Shown here: positions 9,338-18,830 of the stretch, piece by piece | Layout: every line of letters starts with the position of its first letter | Position numbering within the stretch: position 1 is the stretch's first letter | Source: Polyangiaceae bacterium | GTDB lineage: Bacteria; Myxococcota_A; Polyangia; Polyangiales; Polyangiaceae | Reading direction: 5' to 3' | Length of the DNA stretch: 64,000 nt | Assembly (NCBI GenBank): GCA_044376115.1 | Contig: JBILLK010000002.1 | Location: 32,001-96,000, forward strand | Made by a program: the position numbers and the translations under genes | The notes under the pieces: model-generated | Database searches by the model: none | Seen by the model: the letters and a program-made list of their open reading frames with translations, nothing else | Told to the model about the DNA's origin: nothing

Positions 9338-10417
9338 ATGCCGGTCTTTCACGTGGAGATGCGTTGGCGCTGCTCTGCCTGTCAGCAGGAGAATCTGGGT
9401 CGCTTCAAAGACTGCCAGATGTGCCGCAAGCCGAAGGACGGAGAGCCGTTCTACGATGCGCCCGAAGCTGCGTCGCCAACGCTCGCGCAAGCCGTTCAAG
9501 ATGAAGGTCTCATCCGCCAGGCCACGGCCGGCGCGGATTGGTCCTGCAAGTTCTGCGGTTCTCATCAGCGGCGTGACAGCGGCTTGTGCGGCAATTGTGG
9601 AGCCGACCAAGACGGCGCGGCGCGCCCGGCAAAGTACGATGGCGAGCGAGCGCTTCCGCAGCCAGCCGCTAAGAAGGATTGGCCGGGCAGGGGTTGGGCT
9701 ATCGCCATGGGGGTCCTTTCCTCCCTCTTCACCCTCATCCTGTTCTTCTCGTGGGTGCTACGGACGCGCGAAGTACAAGCAGAGGTCGTAGCGCGAAGCT
9801 GGGAACACAAGGTGGTGGTGGAACGCTACAAGGTCGTCCCGAGCGAAGGCTTTGAGCGACCAAGCGATGCCTTCGACGTGGTGAACCAGGGGCAACGCTT
9901 TCACCACAACGACAAGGTGCAAGACGGCACCACGCGCGAGGCCTACACCGAACGCGTGGCGTGCGGACAAGAGTGCACCACCACACCCACCCGCTGCACG
10001 ACCAACAACAACGGCTTCAAGACCTGCACGGGCGGCGACCAAAAGTGCAGCACCAAGTACTGCTCCGAGACCCGCTACCGAGACGTGCCGCGCTACAAAG
10101 ATGTCCCGGTGTATCGCGACTACTACAGCTGGAAGGCATGGCGCTGGGCGCACGAGCGAGACGTGATCGAATCGGGAGTCGAAGACAGCCCGCGTTGGCC
10201 TACCGATAGTGCGATTGCGCTCGAGAAGACCTGCGCTCCGCAGGAGAAAGAGCGCGCCGAGAGAAAGGCCAGCTATCGCGTCGTGTTCAAGGAGGAGGAC
10301 GGGAGCCGGTACGAGTACGCCGCCGAAACCCTCGAGCAGTTTGAGAGCTTGGAACTCGGTGAGGCCCGCACGATTCGTGTCACGGCCAGTGATGAGGTTA
10401 CGCTCGTCCCAAAGTAG
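9338..10417 (+). CDS. single-TM protein with two N-terminal RanBP2-type zinc fingers
   Basis: WRCSAC...CQMC and WSCKFC...CGNC; one TM helix; Cys-containing extracytoplasmic part. Confidence 0.8.
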   Translation: MPVFHVEMRWRCSACQQENLGRFKDCQMCRKPKDGEPFYDAPEAASPTLAQAVQDEGLIRQATAGADWSCKFCGSHQRRDSGLCGNCGADQDGAARPAKYDGERALPQPAAKKDWPGRGWAIAMGVLSSLFTLILFFSWVLRTREVQAEVVARSWEHKVVVERYKVVPSEGFERPSDAFDVVNQGQRFHHNDKVQDGTTREAYTERVACGQECTTTPTRCTTNNNGFKTCTGGDQKCSTKYCSETRYRDVPRYKDVPVYRDYYSWKAWRWAHERDVIESGVEDSPRWPTDSAIALEKTCAPQEKERAERKASYRVVFKEEDGSRYEYAAETLEQFESLELGEARTIRVTASDEVTLVPK

Positions 10418-10451
10418 ATCGCCGCGGCATCGGACTTGCTCCGTTGCCAGC

Positions 10452-11004
10452 ATGATCATCGACAAGACCTATGGGAAAGTCGCACGAATCGCCTGTGCCA
10501 GCGCGCTACTGCTGGCGACCGGCTGTGACGACGCGTACGCGCAACGCAAAGAAGCGGAGGCCACCAAGCGAGAGGTGAGCGCGACCATCTTCAACGGCGC
10601 GATTGACGTCGAGAAGGCCAAGCAGCAAGCCGCCCTCGACGTGCGCGCAGCCGAGCGAACAGCCGAGAAGAACACGGCGGATGCGCGGGAGGACGCCAGC
10701 CGAGCGGGAGGCCGAGGCGCTGCAGAACGAGCAGGAAGGTAGCTATCAGGCGTTGCTCAACGAGGCCATCGGCGACCTCGAGAACCGCATCAAATTGCTC
10801 AACGTCAAGGTCCAGAGCCGCAAGGGCGAAGCGCGCAAAACGATGGAGACCGCGCTGCTCGATCTCGAGGCGCGCCGCTTGGAGCTGCAGACCGAGAGCG
10901 ACAAGCTGCGCACCTCGTCCGAGTTGGATTGGGAGACCACCAAGGGGCGCATCGAGCAGCTCCTCGAGGCGAGCGGCAAGCTGCTCGCTGCGCCCTTCGA
11001 TTGA
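10452..11004 (+). pseudogene. coiled-coil lipoprotein interrupted by one frameshift near 10698
   Basis: ATGC-lipobox frame (..TADAREDA) continues as AEREAEALQ..APFD in the +1 frame; real mutation or sequencing error. Confidence 0.7.
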
Positions 11005-11139
11005 CGGCCAAAGCGCCTCACTGGGGCGGGCGTGTCGACCCAGTGAGGCGGAGTAGCGGGCCATTGGCGTGGATCGACTGACGCCTGGACGCGATCCTGT
11101 CCAATAGTGGTTCTGCGCAATATGCGCTTTGATCGGCCT

Positions 11140-12021
11140 ATGAAGGCGTGTTCGCTATCGATCGTTGTCGCTACCTTGGCGGGTTCGTTGCTTGGCCTCG
11201 GCTGTGATGGTGACAGCGCTGGTGATAGCGATAGCGACGGCGGCGGCGGGGCAGGCTCGAGTGGAACCGGCCTCTCGAACGCAGGCGGAACGAGTTCCTC
11301 CGGCGTGGAGCCGAGCGGCGGCAGTAGTTCCACCGGGCCAGGCGAGCCTGAGTGTGCGGGCGGTTCCTACGATAGCTGCAGCCCTTGTTGTGAGGCGCTT
11401 CATCCGTCCGGGGTGGCCAAGTACGCGGAGACCCTCAATCAATGCGCCTGCGGCTTTGGGATCTGCCAGTTTAGTTGCGGAGACTTTTGCGCGACCGGCG
11501 TGATGGACGCGTCCTGCATGGAGATGGCCGCGTTTGACTTCAATTCCCCTGGATACAGCAATAGCTTCGGGGGCGGTAACTTTGGTGCTTGCGCGGCCGA
11601 CCCAGAGTGCACCGCTTACGCGACCTGTCTCAACGTCTGCACCGTGGGCCGCGGGCCGATCGCACCGCCAGCCGCAGACGCGAGCCCGCAAGACAAGTGC
11701 GTGCACTACATCAACGCCTACCGCGCTTGGGAGGGCAAGTCGCCGCTCGTACGTTGGACCGACGGAGAGGCCTGCGCCGACGAAGCGGTCGCCATCGACG
11801 AAGTGAATGGCTCGCACTCGTCCTTCGGTATGTGCGGTGAATCGACGCAGAATGAGTGCCTTGGCTTCAACCCAGACCAAATCGGATATTGCCAAGCAAT
11901 GATGTATAGCGAGAAGTTTACCGGGGAACAGGGTATGGGCCACTACTTGGCTATGACCGGCGCCTACTCGCGGGTGGCCTGCGGCTTTACTGATAATTGG
12001 TCGAATCAGAACTACCAGTGA
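11140..12021 (+). CDS. Cys-rich lipoprotein with C-terminal CAP/SCP domain
   Basis: GLGC lipobox; CVHYINAYRA..G..PL, GHYLAM and RVACG motifs. Confidence 0.8.
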   Translation: MKACSLSIVVATLAGSLLGLGCDGDSAGDSDSDGGGGAGSSGTGLSNAGGTSSSGVEPSGGSSSTGPGEPECAGGSYDSCSPCCEALHPSGVAKYAETLNQCACGFGICQFSCGDFCATGVMDASCMEMAAFDFNSPGYSNSFGGGNFGACAADPECTAYATCLNVCTVGRGPIAPPAADASPQDKCVHYINAYRAWEGKSPLVRWTDGEACADEAVAIDEVNGSHSSFGMCGESTQNECLGFNPDQIGYCQAMMYSEKFTGEQGMGHYLAMTGAYSRVACGFTDNWSNQNYQ

Positions 12022-12098
12022 CCTGCGCAGACCTTCGCTGCGGCATGTGGTCGCAGGGGTAGCGCGGGACCTGGTTGGGGTCCAAGCTGCGTCCAGTT

Positions 12099-12608
12099 AT
12101 GAAACGCTGGCTATGGATTGCTCTCGGGCTCTCACTCGCTGTGGGCGTTCCTCGTTCCGCGTCGGCCGAGGACCATGCGACCATCCATGTTGATTCGCTA
12201 CAGGCGGCACCAGGCGAAAAGGAGCTGCTTGGTCGGCTGGTGGCGCCCTGTTGTTGGAATCAGACGCTAGATATCCACGGGGGCGCAGCTCCCGACGCGT
12301 TGCGCGCCGAGATCCGTGAGCGGCTAAAACGAGGGGAGAGCCCTAGCGCGATCGAGGCGGATATGGTCGCGCGCTACGGCGAGCGGGTTCGAGCGCAGTC
12401 GAGTTCGGCGGCGCTTGGAGCCGCGAGTTTGGTGCTGATTGCGCTGACCTTGGTGGTTGGTTTGGGCATTGGCTTGAAGGTGCGGGGTTGGCTTCGGACC
12501 TCCGCTCGCAATGCGGCGCGCGCGCAGCCAGCCGCCACGAATGGAGCTCCGCCGTCGCTGGATCCGTTGGACGCCCGGCTCGACGACGAGCTTCGTGCGC
12601 TCGACTGA
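12099..12608 (+). CDS. ccmH: cytochrome c biogenesis CcmH-like protein
   Basis: APCCWNQTL motif, LRAEIRERL..G.S...I....VARYGE, following TM, LDDEL tail. Confidence 0.75.
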   Translation: MKRWLWIALGLSLAVGVPRSASAEDHATIHVDSLQAAPGEKELLGRLVAPCCWNQTLDIHGGAAPDALRAEIRERLKRGESPSAIEADMVARYGERVRAQSSSAALGAASLVLIALTLVVGLGIGLKVRGWLRTSARNAARAQPAATNGAPPSLDPLDARLDDELRALD

Positions 12609-12666
12609 GCCTTTCGAGTAGGGCGATCTCTTGTCCCGCTCTGGCGCTTCTGCGATCCTCTGCTGC

Positions 12667-13443
12667 ATGTTGGCCCCCTCGACCTTCCTCGGCTCTGTGC
12701 GCCTCTCCACCGCTGCGCTGCTCCTCGCTGCTTGCAGCGCAAAGGTGGTGGTGGACGACGCGACGGGTGGAGATTCTGCCTCCGGGGGCAGCAGTTCCAG
12801 CGGGACGAGCTCCAATGGCACGACCTCCAACGGAACGACCTCGACGACCTCGGGCTTCGGCGGCGATCCATCGGCGTCGAGCACACAGTCCACTGGACCG
12901 GGCTTCGGAGGGGATCCGTCGACGTCGAGCGTACAGTCGAGTGGCACCGGCTTCGGCGGAGATCCGTCGGGTGGAACCACCAGCGGTGCCGGCGCAGCAG
13001 GCGGTGGCTCCGTCGAGACGTGCCAAGGCGGCGGTTGCGCGCAGAGCTGCAACCCGGGCGACTCCTGCCAACAAGGCTGCCAAGGTGGCGGCTGCGAGCA
13101 GTCTTGCGAGGACGCCGTCGCCTGCAGCCAGGCCTGCCAAGGTGGTGGTTGCGTGCAGACCTGCGAGGGCGAAACCTGCTTCTCCGCCTGCGGGGGCGGC
13201 GGCTGTGAACAGGCTTGTCAGGCCGAGGCGTACTGCGAATTGCGCTGTCCCGGTGGTGGCTGCAACCAGAGCTGCAACTCGGAGTTTTGTGTGATCGGTT
13301 GCGGCGGCGGTGGTTGCGTCATCCAGTGCGACGGCCCGTGCGTGGTTCAGTGCGCGGGAGGCGGATGCGACGTCGAATGCAACGTTGGCCAGCTGAGCTC
13401 TTGCGGAGGGAACGGCTTCGCCTGCGGGACGAGCTGCCCCTGA
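12667..13443 (+). CDS. lipoprotein with CxGGGC solenoid-like repeats
   Basis: LAAC lipobox, Ser/Thr/Gly linker with 3x GFGGDPS, seven CxGGGC units. Confidence 0.8.
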   Translation: MLAPSTFLGSVRLSTAALLLAACSAKVVVDDATGGDSASGGSSSSGTSSNGTTSNGTTSTTSGFGGDPSASSTQSTGPGFGGDPSTSSVQSSGTGFGGDPSGGTTSGAGAAGGGSVETCQGGGCAQSCNPGDSCQQGCQGGGCEQSCEDAVACSQACQGGGCVQTCEGETCFSACGGGGCEQACQAEAYCELRCPGGGCNQSCNSEFCVIGCGGGGCVIQCDGPCVVQCAGGGCDVECNVGQLSSCGGNGFACGTSCP

Positions 13444-13570
13444 AGCTCGGTCCGCACCATCGCGAGCGCGCCACAGACGCGAAGTCGCGATAGCCTAACA
13501 ATCTTTGTCACAACCGGTTTGAGCCGGCTCTACCCCGTACGCCCAAGCAAAGGGCGCTCTGAGGAGAGCC

Positions 13571-14356
13571 ATGATCAAGATTCAAACCACCGTATTCGCC
13601 GCCCTTCTCTCCCTGCTCGCCGCTTCGGGCTGCAAGAGCAAACTCGAGAAGTGCATGAACGCCTGCGAAAAAATCAAAGCGGAGGACCAAGCGGCCTGCG
13701 CCGGCAACGCCAGCTGCTTGGCCAGCATCGAAATGAGCTTCGAGTCCTGCTCGAACATCTGCGAGATCGCCATGGGCGACGGCTCCAAGCGCTCTTCCAG
13801 CGACGGCACGGATAAGAGCAGTCGCGGCCTGTTGCCCGAGTCCGGCGTGCCTACGCAATCGGCGGCCGACCGCGATGAGCAGGCTTGTGAGGCCGGCAAC
13901 GCCGAGGCCTGTGCCAACACAGGCAGCCGCATCTTCCTCGGTCGGGAAGGACGCAGCAAAGACGAGGCGAGGGGGGCGGCGTTGCTAAAGAAGGCCTGCG
14001 AGCTCGGTTCGGCCTTCGGTTGTGAGATCTATGGGCGGGCGCTCGACGATGGACGCGGCGTGCCGAAAGACGTTCCCGCGGCGAACTCAGCGTTCACCAA
14101 GGCCTGCGACATGAAGGCCGGCGGCGGTTGCCGCTCGCTCGGGCTCAACCTCCCGGTCCGCGATCCCAAGCGAATCACGCTGCTCGAGAAGGCCTGCGAG
14201 CTGGATGATGGCCTCGGTTGCATCGGTATCGCAGCGGCCTATCTGCACGGCGATCAAGGCAAGCGCAAAGACGTGGCCAAGGCCAAGACCTTGCTGCAGA
14301 AGGCTTGTACGCTGGGACAGAAGACCGCCTGTGAAAAGCTGCGTGAGCTTCCGTAG
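13571..14356 (+). CDS. Sel1/Hcp-type repeat lipoprotein
   Basis: GAGGAG RBS; ASGC lipobox; repeated KAC.LG...GC and G.GV.KD...A. Confidence 0.88.
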   Translation: MIKIQTTVFAALLSLLAASGCKSKLEKCMNACEKIKAEDQAACAGNASCLASIEMSFESCSNICEIAMGDGSKRSSSDGTDKSSRGLLPESGVPTQSAADRDEQACEAGNAEACANTGSRIFLGREGRSKDEARGAALLKKACELGSAFGCEIYGRALDDGRGVPKDVPAANSAFTKACDMKAGGGCRSLGLNLPVRDPKRITLLEKACELDDGLGCIGIAAAYLHGDQGKRKDVAKAKTLLQKACTLGQKTACEKLRELP

Positions 14357-14377
14357 CGCTATGACTAGACTGCGCGC

Positions 14378-14992
14378 GTGCAAGAAGCGGTTGAACGCGG
14401 CGTCTCGGAGGCGATTCGATGCGGTCATTTCGCTGAAGCGGCCTCGCTTGGCTTGCGCGGCTACGGGCCGGAGATCCTCGGCTTCTTGGTGGCGGTTGGG
14501 CCGGGCAATGCCGAGGACGCCTTCTCGCAATTTTGCGAGGACCTCTGGCGTGGCTTGCCGGGCTTTCGCGCGCAGTCGAGCTTTCGAACCTGGGCCTATA
14601 CGCTCGCGCGCCACGCGGCCGAGCGCGTGCGGCGTGATCCGTATGCGCGCCGCCGCGCTGCGCTCTCGGACCTCGGGCCGATCTCGGCGCTGGCCGAACA
14701 ACTTCGCTCCACCACCGCGACCTTCCTCTCCACCCAGGTGCGCGACGGAGTTGCGCGCATTCGGGAGGAGCTGGCTGAAGAAGATCGCGAGCTCTTGGTT
14801 CTGCGCATCGACCGTCAGATGGGCTACGCCGAGATCGCTCGCGTAATGAGCGGTGAAGCTGCAACGGAGGCCGAGGTAAGCAAGCGCGCCGCCGCGCTGC
14901 GCAAGCGCTTTGAGCGGCTCAAGCTCGAGATCCGCGAGCGCGCCGAACGCGAGGGGCTACTGCGTAAACGCGGCGATCGGGGCGATGCGTGA
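14378..14992 (+). CDS. ECF RNA polymerase sigma-70 factor
   Basis: Region 2 (AEDAF...DLWRGL.GF...SSFRTWAY.LARH) and region 4 (L..EDRELL.LR....MGY.EIA). Confidence 0.9.
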   Translation: MQEAVERGVSEAIRCGHFAEAASLGLRGYGPEILGFLVAVGPGNAEDAFSQFCEDLWRGLPGFRAQSSFRTWAYTLARHAAERVRRDPYARRRAALSDLGPISALAEQLRSTTATFLSTQVRDGVARIREELAEEDRELLVLRIDRQMGYAEIARVMSGEAATEAEVSKRAAALRKRFERLKLEIRERAEREGLLRKRGDRGDA

Positions 14993-16571
14993 TCTCGAAC
15001 CAGCGCACAAAATGACTCGAGCCTCGGTCATTCTTTGGGCGGCGGCGGGGAGCAGCGCTCTCACCGCCTGCGCTTGGAGCCTGTTCATCCTGTTCGCCAA
15101 CGACACGCGCGACGTCTCGTTGCTTGCAGGCATCGTCAGCGGACTCACCGCCGGAGCTGCGCTCCTGTTCGCCGCTGCCCGCGGCTCGGCGTGGATCGGA
15201 GCGCTGTTGTCTCTGCCCAGCGCGGCAGCGCTTTCCGCCAAGCCCTTTGCACGGCCGTTCACACATACCTACGCCGGCCAGACGCACACCTTTTCACCGA
15301 CGGCCGAGACCCATCTCTGGTACCTCGCGCCCGGCATCTTGTTGGGCGCAGTGGCGGTGAGTTTGTTGCTCGTACCAACGCGAGGTGAGGAGGTCTCCAA
15401 GCGAGAACTGCGAGCGGGCCTGCGCATCGTTGGCGGCCTCCTTGGGCTGTTCGGCGCGGCGGGCCTGTTGCTCGTCTTCCTCGATGGCCGTTCACCGATG
15501 GCCAACGTGTTTTCCGGCTTGGGCGCGAGCTTTGCCATCGGCGTGCTTTCCTTCGCCGCGATGTTTCAGAGCGAACCAGCGCCGCCTCCAGCTTGGCCGG
15601 TGATGCTCTCGCCGTATGGCTCGCCGATGCCGGCTGGCCCTTCCTTCCAAGCGATGGGCAGCGACACCAACGAGCTATTGCGGGCCGTGGCGCACGCACC
15701 TGCGCCAGCATTGAACGCGCTGCCGCAGCAGCTCGTAGCGCCACCGCGCGGCGCCCAGCTGGGGAACTTCCTCTTGGGCGAGAAGCTCGGTGAGGGCGGT
15801 ATGGGCGTGGTCTACCGCGCGTTGGATCAGCGGCTCGGGCGCGAGGTCGCGCTCAAGTTGTTGCCGGCTCATTTGGCGGCTGATCCTACGCGGCGTGCGC
15901 GCTTCTTCCGCGAGGCCCGTATGGCTGCGACAGTGATGCATCCCAACGTCGCGACGGTGTTCGAACTCGGGGAGACCAACCCGCCGTTCATCGCGCTCGA
16001 GCTGGTGCTGGGCGAGTCGATGCGCGCGCGCATCGAGCGCGGCTTCGTCGGCGCCGCGGAGGCCGAGCGGCTCGCGCTCGCGATTGCCAGCGGTCTCGCG
16101 GCAGCGCACGAGCGAGGCGTGATTCACCGCGATTTGAAGCCTGAGAACGTGATGATCGCCGCCGATGGCACGCCCAAGTTGGTGGACTTTGGTCTGGCGC
16201 GTGGGGCCTCCACAGCCGAGCAGCGTTCCACGGTTTCGGCCGCGCACACAAAGTCCGGCTGGGTGCTCGGGACGCCGCGCTACATGGCGCCCGAACAAGC
16301 CGCGGGAGGGGAAGTGGATGCGCGGGTGGACGTCTACGCCTTCGGGCTCTTGCTGGTGGACCTCGCCAACGGCGTCGGCCTGGATGCGGCGACCCCAGCG
16401 TTTCGTCGGGCTGAGGCGGCGCGCGCGGTGGTGGCAACGACGTTGCCTAAGCTGGCCGCCATCGCCGAGCGCTGCTTGGCCTTTTCGCCGGATGGTCGTT
16501 ACGCCGATGCGCGGGCGTTGCTCACGGCGCTGCGCGAGGCCGCGTCGCCAGCAACGCTGTCTCCCAGCTGA
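14985..16571 (+). CDS. Ser/Thr protein kinase with N-terminal multi-TM domain
   Basis: GEGGMGVVY, VALK, HRDLKPEN, DFG and GTPRYMAPE intact; about 6 N-terminal TM helices. Confidence 0.93.
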   Translation: MRDLEPAHKMTRASVILWAAAGSSALTACAWSLFILFANDTRDVSLLAGIVSGLTAGAALLFAAARGSAWIGALLSLPSAAALSAKPFARPFTHTYAGQTHTFSPTAETHLWYLAPGILLGAVAVSLLLVPTRGEEVSKRELRAGLRIVGGLLGLFGAAGLLLVFLDGRSPMANVFSGLGASFAIGVLSFAAMFQSEPAPPPAWPVMLSPYGSPMPAGPSFQAMGSDTNELLRAVAHAPAPALNALPQQLVAPPRGAQLGNFLLGEKLGEGGMGVVYRALDQRLGREVALKLLPAHLAADPTRRARFFREARMAATVMHPNVATVFELGETNPPFIALELVLGESMRARIERGFVGAAEAERLALAIASGLAAAHERGVIHRDLKPENVMIAADGTPKLVDFGLARGASTAEQRSTVSAAHTKSGWVLGTPRYMAPEQAAGGEVDARVDVYAFGLLLVDLANGVGLDAATPAFRRAEAARAVVATTLPKLAAIAERCLAFSPDGRYADARALLTALREAASPATLSPS

Positions 16572-16577
16572 ACGCCG

Positions 16578-17099
16578 TCAGGTTGAGCCGCGGGCCAAGA
16601 CGAAGTCGTACGGATTGGCGGCGTTCACCAGCAGCAACAACCGTTTCTCGGCGCGCGCCCGGTCGAGCGCGTCTTGCGGCAGCGCCGCGCGGAAGCTCTT
16701 GCGGTGCACTTGGCCGGCCACCGGCACATCGAGCACCAGGTCCACCCATATCTCGTTATTGAAGTTCATATAGCCCTCGGTCTCGACGGAGAGGACGAGC
16801 GCATCGACGCGTAGGCCGTGGGCGCTCAGGTGCGCGCGACGTTGTTCGAGCTTGAGGTCGCTGCCGCGCATGAAGAAGAAGGCGGCTACAGCGATCACGA
16901 GCCAGAGTAGCCCGCCGCCACCAAAGCAGAGGCCCATCCAGTGGTAGAACGAGTCGAGCGGCGCGCCGTCATCGGTGAGCTCGCCCGGCTTCGTGTTCGC
17001 CTCGGCGATCAAAAAGCCAACGCCAGCCGCGATAAAGGTGCCCGACCCGAGCAGCATGCTGCCCATCCACAACCAGCCGGTGCCGGAGGTCTTCGCCAT
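16578..17099 (-). CDS. membrane protein (2 TM plus small beta domain)
   Basis: Two hydrophobic helices; DALVLSVETEG..FNN-type C-terminal domain. Confidence 0.7.
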   Translation of the reverse strand: MAKTSGTGWLWMGSMLLGSGTFIAAGVGFLIAEANTKPGELTDDGAPLDSFYHWMGLCFGGGGLLWLVIAVAAFFFMRGSDLKLEQRRAHLSAHGLRVDALVLSVETEGYMNFNNEIWVDLVLDVPVAGQVHRKSFRAALPQDALDRARAEKRLLLLVNAANPYDFVLARGST

Positions 17100-17228
17100 C
17101 GAGAGGCAAGGTACAAGGCTGGTCCCGCAACGGTAAGTCCGACTCGCACCTCGACCGGTCGATAAGAACATCAGCGGATCGTCGTGCGAGCTATTGCATC
17201 TGCCGACCGAGCCGGCTCTGCTTGAAGC

Positions 17229-18830
17229 ATGCGGTTCGTGCTTTCAGTGCTCCTGCTCTCCCTTGCGACAGGCTGTATCGGAACCATCGGGGATGAGAGC
17301 GCTGCTGAGCAAACCAAGCCCGCGCCTCAACCTTTGTGCGGGCCTGGGCCCGGGCCGATGCGGCGACTGACGCGCTGGGAATACAACAACACCGTGCGCG
17401 ATCTCGTGGGCGACGTCACGGCGCCCGCGTCGAGCTTCGTTCCGGAAGCTGGCCAATTCGGCTTCGATAACTCGGCGTCGGGCGCGACCCTGAGTGACGT
17501 CGTGGTCGAACAATACGAGCGAGCTGCCCGCGACCTAGCGGCCAACGCAGTCACCAATCTCCCGGCGCTAATGGGGTGTGACCCGAGTGGCGCGGCGGAG
17601 GCGAGCTGCGTTGCGAGCTTCATCCAGGGCTTCGGCAAACGAGCCTTTCGTAGGCCGCTTTCCTCCGACGAAGAGAGTCGATATCAGCTCTTCTTCGCGA
17701 GCCAGCGTGATCTTTACGGCACCACGAAAGCCGTGGAGCTTGTAGTGAGCGGCTTTCTTCAGTCGCCGCACTTCCTGTATCGGCTGGAGCTCGAGAGCGA
17801 GAATCCCGACCAAGTGACGCCGGTTACAGCCTTTGAAATGGCCAGCCGGCTTTCGTACTTTCTTTGGGGCACGATGCCCGATGACGCGCTGCTTGCCGCA
17901 GCTGAAGAGGGGCGGCTCGAGACACCCGAAGACGTGCGACGTGAAGCCGAACGCATGTTGAAGGATGAGAAGGGCGCCCGAGCCGTGCAGAACTTCTTCT
18001 CTCAGTGGGGCAACCTTCGAAGCCTGCCGTTGATTGAGCGGGACGAGGCCGCTTTCCCGCAGGCAACTCGCGAGCTGATGGCCAAAGAACTCGAGCTGTT
18101 CGTTGAGTCGGCCTTCTCGGGTGAGGGAACCTGGCAGTCCGTGCTCACCTCGAACAAGAGCTTCTTGAACGAGGAACTCGCTGCGTTCTACGGGTTGCCA
18201 AACGTGAGCGGCGAGGAGTTCCGTGAGGTGGAGCTGGATCCAGCTCGCCACGGCGGCATCCTTACGCGAGGCGCACTGATGGCCATCCTTGCCCATCCCG
18301 ACCAAACCTCGCCTGTGCTGCGCGGCAAGTTCATTCGCGAGCAGCTCTTCTGCGATCCTCCACCTCCACCACCGTGCAACGCGGACACCGCGCTGCCGGA
18401 GATCGATCCAAACGCGACCACGCGTGAGCAGCTCGAACAGAAGACCGGCGTAGAGCCCTGCGTCGCCTGTCACAGCTTCCTCAATCCGCCTGGCTTCGCT
18501 TTCGATCACTTCGACCAGCTCGGTCGCTGGCGCGACGACGATCATGGGCTACCGATCGATGCGTCGGGCGATCTCACGCTCACCGACGTGGATGGCAGCT
18601 TTACCTCGCACGATCAGCTCGTGGAGCTGATCAGCCAGAGTGAAGAGGTGAAGTCGTGCATGGTCACGCATTGGTTCCGCTACGCGCACGGTCGGGACAA
18701 GACCCCAGCTGATCAATGCAGCTACGACGACCTAAATGAGGCGTTCCTCGCGAGCGACGGTGACCTCCGTCAGCTGCTCTTGGGTCTCACACAGACCAAA
18801 AGTTTCCTTTTCCGCGGAGGCAAATCTTGA
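17229..18830 (+). CDS. DUF1592/DUF1588 (PSD-domain) lipoprotein
   Basis: RRLTRWEYNNTVRDL, FGKRAFRRPL, LQSPHFLYR, ASRLSYFLWGTMPD, TSPVLRG and CVACH. Confidence 0.92.
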   Translation: MRFVLSVLLLSLATGCIGTIGDESAAEQTKPAPQPLCGPGPGPMRRLTRWEYNNTVRDLVGDVTAPASSFVPEAGQFGFDNSASGATLSDVVVEQYERAARDLAANAVTNLPALMGCDPSGAAEASCVASFIQGFGKRAFRRPLSSDEESRYQLFFASQRDLYGTTKAVELVVSGFLQSPHFLYRLELESENPDQVTPVTAFEMASRLSYFLWGTMPDDALLAAAEEGRLETPEDVRREAERMLKDEKGARAVQNFFSQWGNLRSLPLIERDEAAFPQATRELMAKELELFVESAFSGEGTWQSVLTSNKSFLNEELAAFYGLPNVSGEEFREVELDPARHGGILTRGALMAILAHPDQTSPVLRGKFIREQLFCDPPPPPPCNADTALPEIDPNATTREQLEQKTGVEPCVACHSFLNPPGFAFDHFDQLGRWRDDDHGLPIDASGDLTLTDVDGSFTSHDQLVELISQSEEVKSCMVTHWFRYAHGRDKTPADQCSYDDLNEAFLASDGDLRQLLLGLTQTKSFLFRGGKS

